From positions 1,218,076 through 1,282,075 of the forward strand of contig MU056277.1 in NCBI GenBank assembly GCA_013239625.1: a DNA stretch of 64,000 bases. The letters are read 5' to 3'. Made by a program: the position numbers and the translations under genes. Shown in pieces: positions 51,520 through 64,000 of this stretch. Every line of letters begins with the position of its first letter. Position 1 is the first letter of the stretch. The DNA comes from Lama guanicoe. Its lineage: Eukaryota. A model generated the notes under the pieces. That model had not been told where the DNA came from. It ran no database searches and worked only from the letters and a program-made list of their open reading frames with translations.

Positions 51520-51880
51520 TCCACTCAGGCCGCTGTAACCAAACACCACAGCCTGAGCAGCTTGAACTCAGGGGTTTATTTCTCAAGGTTCTGGAGGCTG
51601 GACATCTGAGACCAGGGAGTCAGCAGGCGCTGTCTCCTGAGACCTCCCTCCCTGGCTTGCAGACGGCCACCTTCCGCTGCGTCCTCACACAGCCTTTCCC
51701 GGGTGTGTGCGTGTGGATAGACAGCACCCTCCCCCTCTCCTTCTAAGGCCGCTGGTCCTGCCAGGTCAGGGCCCCACCCTGACGACCTCATTTAACCTTA
51801 ATTAGCTCCTAACGCCCGTCTCCAGGTGCAGGCGCATTGAGGGGAGGGCTTCAACAACTGCATTCTGGGGGGACGACTTC
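51520..51880 (-). mobile_element. MaLR LTR (MLT1A/B-like)
   Basis: GGCCGCTGTAACCAAACACCACAG...TTTATTTCTCAAGGTTCTGGAGGCTGG...CCTCATTTAACCTTAATTA...GGGCTTCAACA. Confidence 0.85.
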
Positions 51881-51945
51881 CGTCCAGGCAGCTTTCTGGA
51901 CACAACAGCAAATGCCCTTAATGTCAAAAAAAAAAAAAAAGAGTA

Positions 51946-52571
51946 AGGTTGATCCTCATTCACAGATTCTGTGTCTGTGAGTTTGCCCACTTGCTAAAAC
52001 TTGTTTGTAACCCCAAATCGATGCTCGTGGGGCTTTGGGGGTCTCTCGTGGACGGACGCATGCAGCGTGGCAAAAACTGCGGCTTGCCCGGCGTAGCCGT
52101 TCCCAGCCTGGGTCTGAGAAGACGGCTGCTGCTTCTCATTTTAGTTTTCTCACCATAAACATGTTCCACAGTCTGAGAGCCACGTTTGTCAAGCTTTCGT
52201 GTTTCGCGGGTGGTTTGCTGTTTGAAACGGCCCAGGCGCGGCGCTGAAGTGCCGCCTGCTGTTCCTGAGTCCACGGAGGCTGTGAGGCGCCTCGCAGAGG
52301 AACACGTGCGTCCGATGCCCTCCCTTCAGCCCCGGTCACCGTGCTGTCGGCTGTGGGTTCTGTGTTAATGAACCAACGACAATTAGTAAGTGAGGTGTCT
52401 TTAAACAGAAACACGCATAAAACAAGGTCACATGTTGATCGGTTGGTGAGTGTGTTGTGACCAGAGCCTTGCAGGGACCGCCCCCGAGCGTCCCCAGGGA
52501 CCATGTCAGAACTTGCCAGTCCGGGGTCCATGGTGACTTTCTAGAATGCAGTCACTGTGAGACTCTGACTG
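51946..52571. mobile_element. MER82-like Tigger (TcMar) non-autonomous DNA transposon, near full length
   Basis: GTTGATCCTCATTCACAGATTCTGTG...TTGCTAAAACTTGTTTGTAACCCCAAATC...GGTGTCTTTAAACAGAAACAC...GACTG. TA immediately 5' (51944-51945). Confidence 0.8.
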
Positions 52572-53803
52572 CAGACGGTTGCTGCCGGGAAACCCTAAGC
52601 AAGGACAGCTGGCGTCAGTTACTTGGATTTTCATTGTCGGTCCAGTGTTGACGCTTGAACACCTGGGAGCACGTGAGTGCTTGGTGGAAGCCTGGCCTTT
52701 GAAATACGACCTTTGAAACCCGTACAAAGCCAGCAGCCATGCACAGTGACGGCAGGGAACATCGTCGAAACGACTTACCGCAGCTGGAAACCCTGCTTCC
52801 TCCTGGCCGTGGAGCTCGGCTGCGACAGAGGAGAGGAGACAGCCCCACTTCGTCTTCGAATTCAACAGTCTTTGGAAAATGGCGTGGCCACCCGGGGCAG
52901 TTTTTCTTTGGCTGATTTGCTTTCAAATATCAGCACTGTTTCCCAGTCGCATACCGCGCGTGCCCCGTCTTCACCCATTAACCCGGGTGGTGCCGGCAGG
53001 CCAGCACGTGGGAGGCCGGCCCGCTGGCTGACATGCGGACTTTTGGGGCGTCTTTCCAGGGGCGGGTGGTCCGGCCCCTCCTGAGGCCCCGCGTGAGCAG
53101 GCACGGCCCGGCCCCCTACACCGCAGACCCGATGTGCGTGGGTTCGCCGAGCGCGGGTTCCCTGGGCACTCCCGCCAGCTTGGCCATCATTGCTCAGATT
53201 TTAGTGAAAGGAGAGGCACTGTGCACGTGGAGAAAGACGGTTCAGCACCAACACCCGTGTCACTTAAACACAGACCCCAGACCTCTCTCGTGAGCGACTG
53301 AGCCCTGGCAGACGTCACGCTTCCTCGGGGGACGGAAACTAACAAGAGGACAGACACACGCCTGTGGGCGGCCCCGGGACAGACGTCCCCGCAGGGGGGC
53401 GGCTGTGCCTGGCCTTGGGGACGCAAGGCCTGCTCGCAGCCGCAGGATTCTCCCACGTTACAGTGTGAAGATGGGGCTTCCCCTCCACGGAGCCCGAGTC
53501 ACGGCTCCCCACGCCAAGGGCACGCGAAGTCCCTTCACGGTCACGGGCGCCCCGACCACCCTCAGCTCCGGCCCACGCGGCGACAACGCCCCGTGAACTT
53601 TGTCCCTGGGTGTGTGTATTTGGAACGTGCTGGGTGACATTCAGCCTCCGCATCCGTTTTTATGATAATTCCGAGTAAATTGTGGGGCAATAAACTCTTC
53701 AAGCCCGTCTCTCTTGTGAAAGCCGTGAATCAATCAGCCGTGGGCCTCTCCGGGGCCCTTCAGTGTCTGGTGATCACTCAGATTTGACGTGCATTGTGAG
53801 GCC

Positions 53804-54238
53804 NNNNNNNNNNNNNNNNNNNNNNNNNNNNNNNNNNNNNNNNNNNNNNNNNNNNNNNNNNNNNNNNNNNNNNNNNNNNNNNNNNNNNNNNNNNNNNNNN
53901 NNNNNNNNNNNNNNNNNNNNNNNNNNNNNNNNNNNNNNNNNNNNNNNNNNNNNNNNNNNNNNNNNNNNNNNNNNNNNNNNNNNNNNNNNNNNNNNNNNNN
54001 NNNNNNNNNNNNNNATCCTTTGCGGGTTCGGAGCNNNNNNNNNNNNNNNNNNNNNNNNNNNNNNNNNNNNNNNNNNNNNNNNNNNNNNNNNNNNNNNNNN
54101 NNNNNNNNNNNNNNNNNNNNNNNNNNNNNNNNNNNNNNNNNNNNNNNNNNNNNNNNNNNNNNNNNNNNNNNNNNNNNNNNNNNNNNNNNNNNNNNNNNNN
54201 NNNNNNNNNNNNNNNNNNNNNNNNNNNNNNNNNNNNNN
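53804..54238. other. Two N gaps (53804-54014 and 54035-54238) separated by a 20-nt island
   Basis: Runs of N around ATCCTTTGCGGGTTCGGAGC. Confidence 1.
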
Positions 54239-57200
54239 AGCTGGCTGGCGAGATCTCGGGGAAGAAATGGAACAGTCGGTGACTTCACCTCTCAGCCTCC
54301 CCCGGCAACGGCGCTCGGCTTGCTCTGCGCGCTGCTTTCCTTGCTGGTCTGTCGCTGCCGTATAATCCTGGCTAATTGTGGACGGTCTCAAGCTGTGCTC
54401 ATCACTGCTACAGCGCCCGCGGACGCCCAGCCTGCTGCCACAGGACGTGCGTGGTCTCAGGAGCAGCCTCTTGGTGCCACGAGGACCGGGAGTCCCGGAG
54501 TCCCGGATGGGAGGTAGGCTGCTGGGTCCCCCTGCAGGAGGGGGTGTCCTGGGGCTGCTCGGGCAGACGGGGCACTGTGGGGGCACAACTTGCTGTGTCT
54601 TTTCTGCTGAGTGGGGGGTGCAGGGGGGAGGGTCTGGGTGTCTGAACTGCAATGACTTCCTCTGCATCACAGGTGGGGCCACGGCAGCTCTGCTGTGGGT
54701 GCGCCTGGCACCGTTTTGAGGGAGACCGGGGGTGTGTGCGCTGGCCGCTGGGGCAGCGCTTGGAGTCCTCCAGGTCGCTGTGCGACCCGAGGCAGAAGGA
54801 TGGTTTCTTCCTGTGAATCTGTGTTTGCTGAACTCAGCTTGGAAGCCGCCTGGGCCAGAGTGACCTGCCGCGGGGTCAGGCGGGGCCGGGTGCCACCTAC
54901 GGACTCATCGCCGTGTGGCTGCCGGGGCACCGGAGACGTGTTCTCGCTCACACTGGTGAAGTTATGTTCTGGGGATGGCCAAACTGTGTGGCAGCCCCAC
55001 CTTTAAGTTTTTGCTGCGTTTGTGGAATCAGCCAAAGTATTTCTAGACCCAGACTGTGGGCCAGGGGAGTCCCGTAGAGGGACAGTCCCCGAGGTCACCT
55101 TCTGTTACTGGTTCCCAGCAACACATGAGCAACATGTCCCTTTGGTGAGGCTCCTAAAGACGCCCTCACTGCGCTCTGGGGAATCAGCTTTGTTGCTCTT
55201 TAAGTTCTGATTTCTCGGCTCTGCATAGAGTTCAAAGGACAAACAGAAAAAGGAAGGAGAAAAGAAAAGCCCTTCTGAGGGCTGAGAAAGTACAGGGTGG
55301 CATGGGCAGCGTCTGCGCCGGTCGGAACAGGGTCGCTCTCACCAGGCTTTGACGGTTTGCAGGGCAGAGCCAGCTTCACTCTGGGTTGCCTTTTTTGTGA
55401 GGATCCTGCAAGGTAATGGGTCTTTTTTTTTGCTTAGCCCAGGGCTCTGTGAACCCCATCCTAGGTTTGGAGAAATTGAAATGAAGACCATGGGGTGTCA
55501 CTTTGAACTACTGAACTTTGACAGTTTCAGGGAAGCTGAATCAATAAACGAACAGAAACGAACAGAAACCAGAAGATGAGGGGAGAGCAGAGTGTGCATT
55601 TGCGCTGAGCTCGGCAGGCAGGGTGTGTGCGAGGCTCAGTGCTGGCTAACAGGTATTCCTGTGTTGTTTTGGTATTTTAACAATGAAACTGTGTGCTTAA
55701 CAAAAGGAACTTTCAGAGGCGCAGTGCAAGCTGACAGTTGTGATAATATGTGTCATTACCCAATTAGTTTACAGGAGCGTGTGTTTTTATTAGTTAACAC
55801 ACCTCCGCGTGTTTCCAGCTCTAACAAATACGACTTTCACTGGAGTCTTTCTGAATGAGGATTCTGATGGTGCGTATGTTACCCTGCAGAAATTACTCTT
55901 CTGTGCCTTTCAATATCATGAGCACCTTAATAAATTCTGATTTTTAAATCTCTTTCATGTTCATTTTGGGGATAAAAAAAGAGCCAGGATTCTTTTGGCT
56001 TTCATTATATACTGTGTCAGGAAAACCCTGAGAGCGCCTTCTCACTCTCCCACTGACAGAGCTGCCCTGACAATGCCAGAGGCTGTATTCTTATGCTAAA
56101 GGTAAATCAATGGGAAAGAAAAGATAGCTAATTGTCGAAGAATTGGGTTTCAACTTCCTGTAGAGGAAATGGTCAAGAAAAGTTCACAGAGTATTTTTAC
56201 TGTGGAAGAAAGGATGAAAAGAGACTTTGTTCATGATGGAAACCACTGATCAGGTGTCACAGCACATTTTCAACCCGAACGTGATGATTTCCTGCGGTTT
56301 AACTCTTCGGTGGCCTTAGGGAAAGTTCTCCCGCGTGGTTCCCGTTGATGTGCGTGGTAAAGAGCGGGGAGGACCGGGGGTTGCCGGGGGTTGCCGGGGG
56401 TGGTGCTGGGACCCCGCCGTCCAGCGGTGGGCACGTGTGCGGAAGGACTCTGGTCCTGGGCCTGGTTTCTCTCTCCAGTTACTTGAAAAAGAGAAAAGCA
56501 AGTGGGCCGTCTTGTCCCCGACTTGGGCGCCAGGTGCATCCTCCTGTCCTGCTCCCGGCAGGGCTGCCCTGGCTCAGGGCGTCACAGGCAACTTCCCGGC
56601 CTCCGCTGTCACAGCACAACCTGTCCCTTGGCCCCGAGCACCAGACAGGTGTTTAGGAGCCCAGGGGGCATTGCACCCAAGCGGCCTTCAGACGGGAACC
56701 GAAGACTGGGTGTCGCAGGGGGCAATTCTCCCACCAGACAGGGTGGACGAGGTGTCCTCTGTGCAGTCGCCAAGACAGAGCGGATGTGAAGACACCCTCC
56801 CCTGCCCTCTCCTCCCCTCCCCTCCCCTCCCCTCCGCTGGCACCGAGGTCAGGAGGTCAGCCTGCGCCCGCCCCACTGCACCCACACCCCTGACCTTACT
56901 CTGGCCTCGACCTGACCTCGGGCAGCGAGGACAGACTCTCCTCCCCTCCTTAGCCCCTGGCCGCCTTGCACCCCAGGGACAAGCCTCCCTCTTTACATCC
57001 TGGGGACGTGGGTCTCTGGGGCAACTGGGAGTGGGGGCTCAGCGGTGCGGGAGGGCCAGAGGGCGGACACACGGGCCAGGCAGGGTCTTCATCCAGACCT
57101 CTCTCAGGTGAGGCGCCCAGCCCTGTCTCCACAAGTCCTCCCGCGCTGGTTGGGTCCAGGCCCTGGTCCCTCCTGCTCCTTCAGAATCCCCGCTCCCCTC

Positions 57201-60039
57201 CCCACCACCAGCTCAGGAACCATGACCGTGTCACCTTCATCCCGCCTTGGGTGGCGACCCCATCTTCGGTCTCCAGCCTGGAGAACTACCAGGGCCGAGT
57301 GTCCACTCTGCCTCAGGGCTCCCGTCTCATGCGCTGGGCTCCCCGGCTGCTGAGCAGTGTGGGTGGCCGCAGCTCCCTCGGTTTCCATGGAGAGAGGGAG
57401 GCAGAGCACCACCCCCTCCCCGTGAGGAGCTTACCTGGAACACAGGTAGCAGCTCAGCTTGGGCTGTCCTGCATCACGCTGGGCAGTGACCTGGATCCTG
57501 GGGTGTGAGACCGCACCGTCCGGGTCTGGCTGGGGCAGGGGTCCCGACAGGTGTGAGACTGACTGACTTCGTTTCCTCTGATGACTTTTTTAAAACTGTA
57601 AGTTGATTCTCAAGGTAGAGGAGGGAGGAATAAAGAAAGAGGGTGACTATCCAAGGAGGAAAGCCTCACAGGTGACCGGCCCTTTAAGTTAGGAGGCAAA
57701 TAACGTGAATTGGCGCTAAGGTGCTGTCAGTGGAGTCGAAAGGCTTTTCATTACTTATTTCCACAGAAACTCCCTCCTGCCATTAACCTCACTTACGCCT
57801 TTTGATCCTTGGTTATCAAGTCATTTGTGGTCACCGTGGCCTGGCTGGGTTTTCTTCAAGGCAAGGATGTATATACTCCGCATGTACAGGGACTGTGAAT
57901 GTGCATTTTTTACTTTTCAGGGAATCAAAATGTAGATTAAAACTAATGACTTTTGATCATTAGAAAAAGATAACGTAAAAGTTTGAAAAAATAGGCAGAT
58001 TTTTGGGTGCTGACAGCCAGTGTCAACCATTTCAAAGGGTGTTATGCGGACAACGACCTGCCTAGAATTGCATCTCGCGTCTTTTGCTTCCCCTGTTGTA
58101 AGCTGCGCTGCTTGACCTCCGTCTGTCTGAAACTCTGGTGACGTGGGTTAAACGCGTTTCTACTGCTCTGTGCGAATCACATCCCCACAGTTCAACGACC
58201 CGGTACAGCGCCTGTCACGACTGAGCTTATAAAGATCCCCTTTTTATCTCTTGCTGTTGAAAACGAAGAGCTGGTTTGCAGGTGGTCGCGTCTCATCCAC
58301 GGCCGACACGGGAGGTTCTCAGACCCTGCTTTATGCGGTGCTCTCCCCCAAGCGCACATTCACAAACCCAACGGCTGAGTCTCCCTCCAGCTCTTTCTGG
58401 GACTCTCACGTCACTGAAAGACGATCCTGAAAACATGCGGCTTTGTGTTTTTCCCTGGTTCCAGGTCTTCATGAGTGTGCACTGCTCGGAACGCCATCCA
58501 GCAGGCGTCTGGGACGCTTTACCTCGAGAGCGAGGAAGGGTCCTGGCATTCTTTGGAAAGTGTTGGATAAAGTCTCAAAATATTTCTCTTTGAAAAGTGA
58601 AAAGACTGCTTCAGGAGGTGATTGTTCCACCCAAACTCCTGGCCCTGGGAGAAAGCAGTCAGTTGGCGGGATTTTTGTCTTCCTAGAAATACCCAGGGTG
58701 TGTTTCCAACACGGGGAACATTAATTTCCTGCCTCGCGTCTTCAGTGTCCTTTGGAGCTGACGTTTAAGGGCAAGTGTGCTTATTTCTGGAGACAGTGGT
58801 TGGAGTTATTATTGGAGTTAATTTTCATTCTTTTCTCCATGTTACTTTATAGTGCAGGAATCTTCCATTTTAAAGAAAGTCTATAATGTAAAGGTGCATT
58901 TCATAACATGAATTACCTATCCAGCTGGTTTTACTTGTGGAGTTCTGCTAGAAAACATTTTTGCAGTGACCCTGGTTCACGTTCATTCTTCAAAAGTGGT
59001 TGATTACCTTTACGTGTAAATGTCTGATTTTTCCTTCTCTTGGGTTTATCGATTATTTGAACCCACCCGTGTTTTCCACTCCTGACACCGGCTGCTTCGC
59101 TGGGCTTCGTCCTTCAGCTGAGAATAAAGGAGTAACTTGTCCCTGAGGTCATTTGAATCCTTACACTCTTGTTTCCCACAAGCAAACGGCCAAGCCCCAG
59201 AGCAGGCGGAGTTGGAGTCCTGCCCCTGATATTTGTGGGGCCCAGAGCAGGACCACAGAGGGGGCCCACGTGCCACATGCCTTGGTATTTCGGTCACAAA
59301 GCAAGCTGGCAGACGCAGGCCCTGCCTCTGCTGGGCAAAGTGTCTTCACCATAACCTGCAGGCCTGTTTGCATGTGGACTTCTCTCCCGTTCGGGGGCTT
59401 GGCCCAGGAACCTGGCAGGTTCGGGTAACCTGGCTGCGGAGCCACGGCCAGCTGCCCTGCTCCAGCCCTGCGGGCCCACCGCATCTGCACCCACCAGCAG
59501 CTGTCTCTTCCCTCCTTGGGGAGACGACTTAGGAAACGGCCCACGGAGGCCCGGGAAGGGGGCTTACCTCCGTCCGCACTGGGGGTTCTGAGGCCCCGGC
59601 TCCCGGTGGGGTAAGGGGGTCCAGTCTGGGTGGGCACATCCCCTTGGTCGCCGTCCACCAGGGTGGCTAGAGCAGGAGCCCATGAGGGGTGAGGGCTCAG
59701 GCAGGCGCCCTCCAGCCCTGGTCCAAGGACAGAGGAATCAGGGCCCCGGCCCGCTCTGCGGTTCTCCAGATTATGGGGCCAGGCTGTGGAACCCGAGGGC
59801 TGCATCTCTGTGGGCCGTGGGGTCTTCCCCTCAGGACGTGTCTGCTCAGCTCCGGGTAAGTCTGGCTCTCTTTAAAGGCTGTTTGTCTTGAAATGGTATT
59901 TCTTCAAGTTGGCCAACAGTTGGACTTTGTCGAACCTTAACTGGAACTGGAATTAGGCACGACCCACGCGTAGAGAGCGGACGTCCCTTCAGCTGGAGGC
60001 AGGGCATAGAGGTGAGACCCGGGGCCCCTGCCCCGGCAC

Positions 60040-60140
60040 TGCCTGCGTCTCCCCAGCCACCTCCCCGAGCCTGGCTTTCCCCGCCCGGGAAATTGGGACA
60101 ATAATAAGCCCTAACGCGCAGAGTGGAGCTGAGGATGCGG
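60040..60140 (+). mobile_element. MIR core fragment (similar relics near 15510-15600, 41890-41940, 43830-43890, 47175-47215)
   Basis: GAGCCTGGCTTTCCCCGCCCGGGAAATTGGGACAATAATA resembles the MIR core GAGCCTCAGTTTCCTCATCTGTAAAATGGGGATAATAATA. Confidence 0.55.
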
Positions 60141-60237
60141 CCGGCGGTACAGCCGGGGGCCAGGCCACCTGAGCGCACGACCAGCCCTCGGGACCCAAGC
60201 TGCCAGGGCTGCGGCTCAGTCTCCCGGGGACGCTCGC

Positions 60238-60404
60238 TTTTTAAAACACTTTACTTTATTTTACTTTTGTTTTGCAGGGGAGGTCATTGGGTCTGTTTAT
60301 TTATTTGCTATTAGGTTTTTTTTCCTAATGGAAGCGCTGGGGGCTGAGCCCAGGACCTCGTGCACGCTAAGCATGCGCCTACCGCCGAGCTGTCCCCTCG
60401 CTCC
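60238..60404 (-). mobile_element. Second, more diverged Vic-1-like SINE
   Basis: Same layout: CAGCTCGGCGGTAGGCGCATGCTTAGCGTGCACGAGGTCCTGGGCTCAGCCCCCAGC followed by an A-rich tail. Confidence 0.8.
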
Positions 60405-63400
60405 TCTTTCACAGTTTAATTTCTTCGACATCAGAACGTCTGCACTGTCGCAGCTTGGACTTGGTGGGATGCGGTAGTTGATCTGGCGGCCCTCCCATGA
60501 TTCGCGACTTACCTGAGAATGCTGAGATTCTGAGAGGGGAAGGGTCTCCGGATTGGTTACTGACGGGAGTCTGTCTTCCAGAATCCACTTCCCTGAAACG
60601 CTCAGGGGAAGAGGAACCGTGACATCAGTGCTTGGACGTATGTTGGTCAAATCTGTGGCCCGAGATGTGGAGCAAACAGCATCTGGAAGCAACAAGCCCC
60701 ACAATCACCACCAGAACGTTTGATGTTCAGAAAGGCCCAAATCGCTCCACCTGGAAAGGGACAAGACATTCTGCCTCACATTCTGGGCACAGACAGACTT
60801 CACAAGAGGAAGTAACTGCCTTGAAACCTTTCACCTTCCCTTGGAGGCGGAGCAACTGCACTCAGGGTCTAGCGTCAAATCCGCACCAAACGCTCTCTCG
60901 GAACCGGCATCTTTCCTGTGACCTTTGTAAAAGGCCTGGCATCTAACTTGCTCCCAGACGCGCTGACACCCCCGGCCAGGCCTCGAGCAGCCCCGCTTGT
61001 GCCCCCCCAGCTTCCCTCAGGATGCTGTGTCTGCCCGGGCCTGGGCCCTTCCAAGCAGGGCTCTCGGACCTGCGGGGCCTTCATCTCCCTCCGGAAATGC
61101 AGCCAGGCTCGCCAGGTTTCTGCTCCCGCTGCCCTGGCACCATCAGGGAACCTGGTTCCTTCCCTCCAGCGAGCCGGGTTCTGTTACCAGGAGGCCGCAA
61201 GGGAGGGTTTTCCCAGAAAACGAGGAGATAGGTGCATCTGAGAACCAGGATGGTGTCGCCTTGTTACTTTGGGGCAAGGGAGGCTGGCCGGCCTGCAGGG
61301 CTTGACCTCTCTGGGGCGGCATTCGGCGAGGAGGCTGGAGGCTGGGGAGGCCCAGGCCTCGCCTGGCGGGCGGCCGTAGAGGCCGGTCCTCCTCCTGCAG
61401 CTCCCGCCTGCCCAGTAGGGGTAGTCGGTGGGGCCCCAGCGCACATTCTTACCTTCCCTCCGGGTCACCTGGCCCAGAGAGGAGCCCTGGGAGGGGCCCT
61501 GATGTCCACCCTGACTGAGAAGGGGTGGTCGAGAGTCCTTGTGGAAGGAGACTCGGTGCCTGCCGGATTGACCCATGTTTGTTCCTACAAGTAGCTCAGG
61601 TGTTGCTGTTCAACTCGCCGGTGGGGTCGTGGCTCAGAACTCATGGCACATTCAGAAAGGGCGGGTGAGGGGCTTCAGGTAAATAACCAATTCTCTATAA
61701 AGAGGTGGGCAGGGCTGAGGGCCGGGGGTGATGGGGCAGCCCACCCCGCTCCCAGGGCTGGCGCCCCCGGGGGCCTCTGCCCTGGAGGGACCGCCGAGGA
61801 CCGTGGTCCCGAGGGAGGAGAGCGGCCGCTCCGCAGCCTGGACTAGTAAACAAACAGCCTCAACTCCTCTTTTCTGGAATTCTCCAGTTTCCTCAAATGT
61901 CTCTCGTTGGCAAGAATCAACCAGGAGCCGGAGAACCAGGTGATGGAGTTTACAGACGACACTTCCGAGGCCCAGAGGGAGGGAAGGGGACGGGGTGCCG
62001 GGGGATAGGCTGAGAATACCCGGCTCGGAGGCCCATAAGAAGCAATACCTTCAGGACAAATAGTTTTTAAAAAGTGGAATAAAGTGACTCCCAATAGCAC
62101 AGATCCGGGCCCGACAGCCGTGTCCGACGTCAGCCAGCGGCAGAGAGAGGGCCGGGCCCCGGGTCCCCTCTGCGCCCCGGGGCCCTGGCTGGGGGCTGTA
62201 CCGGGAGAGAGTCAGGGTGCCTGGGAAAGTTTCAGAAGCCTGCCCCTCCCCAGGACCTGGCGGTTCTATCCAAGACCAAATGCAGAAATTCCCGGTCACC
62301 TGCTGGTCCCGTCAGGTCTCACACACGCCACCGACTGACTTGTGGCTGCAGTTTAGGGTCTCTGTCTCCAAGGACAATTCGTTCAAATAGGATTAGCAAC
62401 ATGACACGAGAGAACAGGGCGGGCTGGAACCTGAGTGACGGAAGTAAGAGCAGCGCAGTTCTGTCGTCAGTGTCGCCTGCGGTTCCTACAGGCTACATGC
62501 AGCTTCAAAGCCGCAGTTAAAACTTCTCGCCAAAAATCTACCCTCAAAAGTCTACCCTGTTTGTAAAATCTACCCTGTGATCATGAAATCTCAAACGTTT
62601 GTTTGCCCTTGTAAAAGTAATATAAGCTCATTACAGAAAATTTTAAAATACTCAAAAATAATCAAAATCACCCAAGGGCAACTGGACTGAATCTCTGCTG
62701 TGATTCTGGCAGTCTTTTTTCCCTCTGCCTATAGTCCACTCATATCAAGAGGAAATTTTTTACCTGAAATCCCTTTGCTTTCGTGCAAAAAAAAAAAAAA
62801 TAAGAAAAATTCCGAACCCATCAGAAGTCAGTAAGCAGATACCATTTGAATTGTCTTTGGCCTGGGGTTTGAACTGCTGGTCTGTGAGTCACAGCTTTGT
62901 CCTGCGTCTGCTGACTGTCCTTTGAGTCAGAGAACACTTACCTGTGCGGCCAGGTTTAAGACTGGGAGAAGCCCTCCTGACCACAGCCGGAAGGAAAATG
63001 TCCCTCTCCCCTTCCGCTGAGGACAGAAATTCCACCCTTAGAGCTTTCTTCCTTTGACACAACACTGAGACGCGCATGTCTGTGCAGTGAGCGCGTCACA
63101 CCTTTGCCAGAGGAGCTGCCTGTGCACTGGGGGATGCATCAACCACACCCAGCCTCACCCCCAACCTCCCTGCCGCACGTCCAGCCCTCTCACTGCCTCT
63201 CTCCTGGCCCCAGTCTCAACCCTCCTGAGCCCTGGGGACCCAGAGAGCCTTGCACTGGGTGGGCGCTCCCCGCAGAGCAGCCGTGCCCTTGGGGGGTGGT
63301 TCAGCCCCTCTGTTGCAGGTTCCTTGTGTGACAAGTGCCCCCATAGACACCCCAGGAGGCAGGTTTTGATTTCCTTAGGGTGCAGACGAAGAGGCTGGGG

Positions 63401-63669
63401 ATGGGGGTGCTCACAAGCTCACTAGGGTGATGCCACTGAAGGATGGGTGGACCGGACATGATCAGCCTGGACCGCTCGCCCCAAACCGCACATCTCAAAG
63501 AGGTTTTTCCTCAGCCAGGTTTGCAACAACGACCTCTTGTTGAACAAAAATTATCAGAAGTCACCAGTAGTAATAAATTCTTAAAATGCCACCATGAACA
63601 ATGGTCTCGAGTGAACATTTGGAAATCCCCTCAGATGCAGAAACCAGCACTTGGATGATGCCAGGCGCT

Positions 63670-63735
63670 GGGAACTGAGCCCCTGCTCCGAACACAGCAC
63701 CCTCCTCACAGTCGGCGCTTGATGAATATTTACTA
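63670..63735 (+). mobile_element. L2 3' end fragment
   Basis: ACACAGCACCCTCCTCACAGTCGGCGCTTGATGAATATTTACT resembles the L2 terminus. Confidence 0.5.
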
Positions 63736-63779
63736 GTTTGCATTCTTGCTTGTTGCAAGGAAAAACATAAACATTCAGG

Positions 63780-64000
63780 ACACGTGGGACTAGCGATTTT
63801 CTACAGAAGAGATGAGCCAAGGGAGAGAAATGTGCTGTAGCTGTTGTAACTGGATGTTCGTTCTAGAAACAGCCATTTCATACTAGCAGGTGAGTGACTA
63901 CAACTTTGAGGAGAATGTCATCTGTCAAAGACTATGTGCAGTCAAAGAATTTTCAAGAGTGTTCATACACCCTTTCCATCTGCGATGTATGCTTTTTGAC
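63780..64000 (+). mobile_element. Possible old L1ME fragment running off the window
   Basis: TTCATACTAGCAGGTGAG..TACAACTTTGAGGAGAAT...CATACACCCTTT pattern. Confidence 0.4.

Overview
Mammalian genomic DNA, GC/CpG-rich, with five N gaps. Two tRNA-derived SINEs resembling the camelid Vic-1 family suggest a camelid source (inference). The gene order matches human 13q34. On the + strand the window holds the 3' end of ARHGEF7 (beta-PIX): a 177-nt/59-aa insert exon (592-768) with its intron read-through C-terminus RKSCCSYISHQN* (to 806), three terminal coiled-coil exons ending in the PDZ ligand DETNL* (8387-9685), and the 3' UTR (to about 11990). Next is the complete testis gene TEX29, with five coding exons (16927-26409) giving 146 aa. 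The remaining ~37 kb looks intergenic: old L1, MaLR/ERVL LTRs, DNA-transposon relics, MIR/L2, and several AT-rich non-repeat islands that may be enhancers. Almost all ORFs in the supplied track are GC-content noise. I found no clearly new multi-gene system. The best leads are (1) a compact trefoil (P-type)-like six-cysteine ectodomain on a phase 1-1 exon of TEX29, (2) a duplicated in-frame 3' splice site in ARHGEF7 that would add 7 aa at the start of the coiled coil, (3) a set of splicing-regulatory signals around the ARHGEF7 insert exon, and (4) a 33-bp palindrome carrying two CRE-like sites at the TEX29 promoter. Repeat family names and human comparisons are from memory, not from searches.
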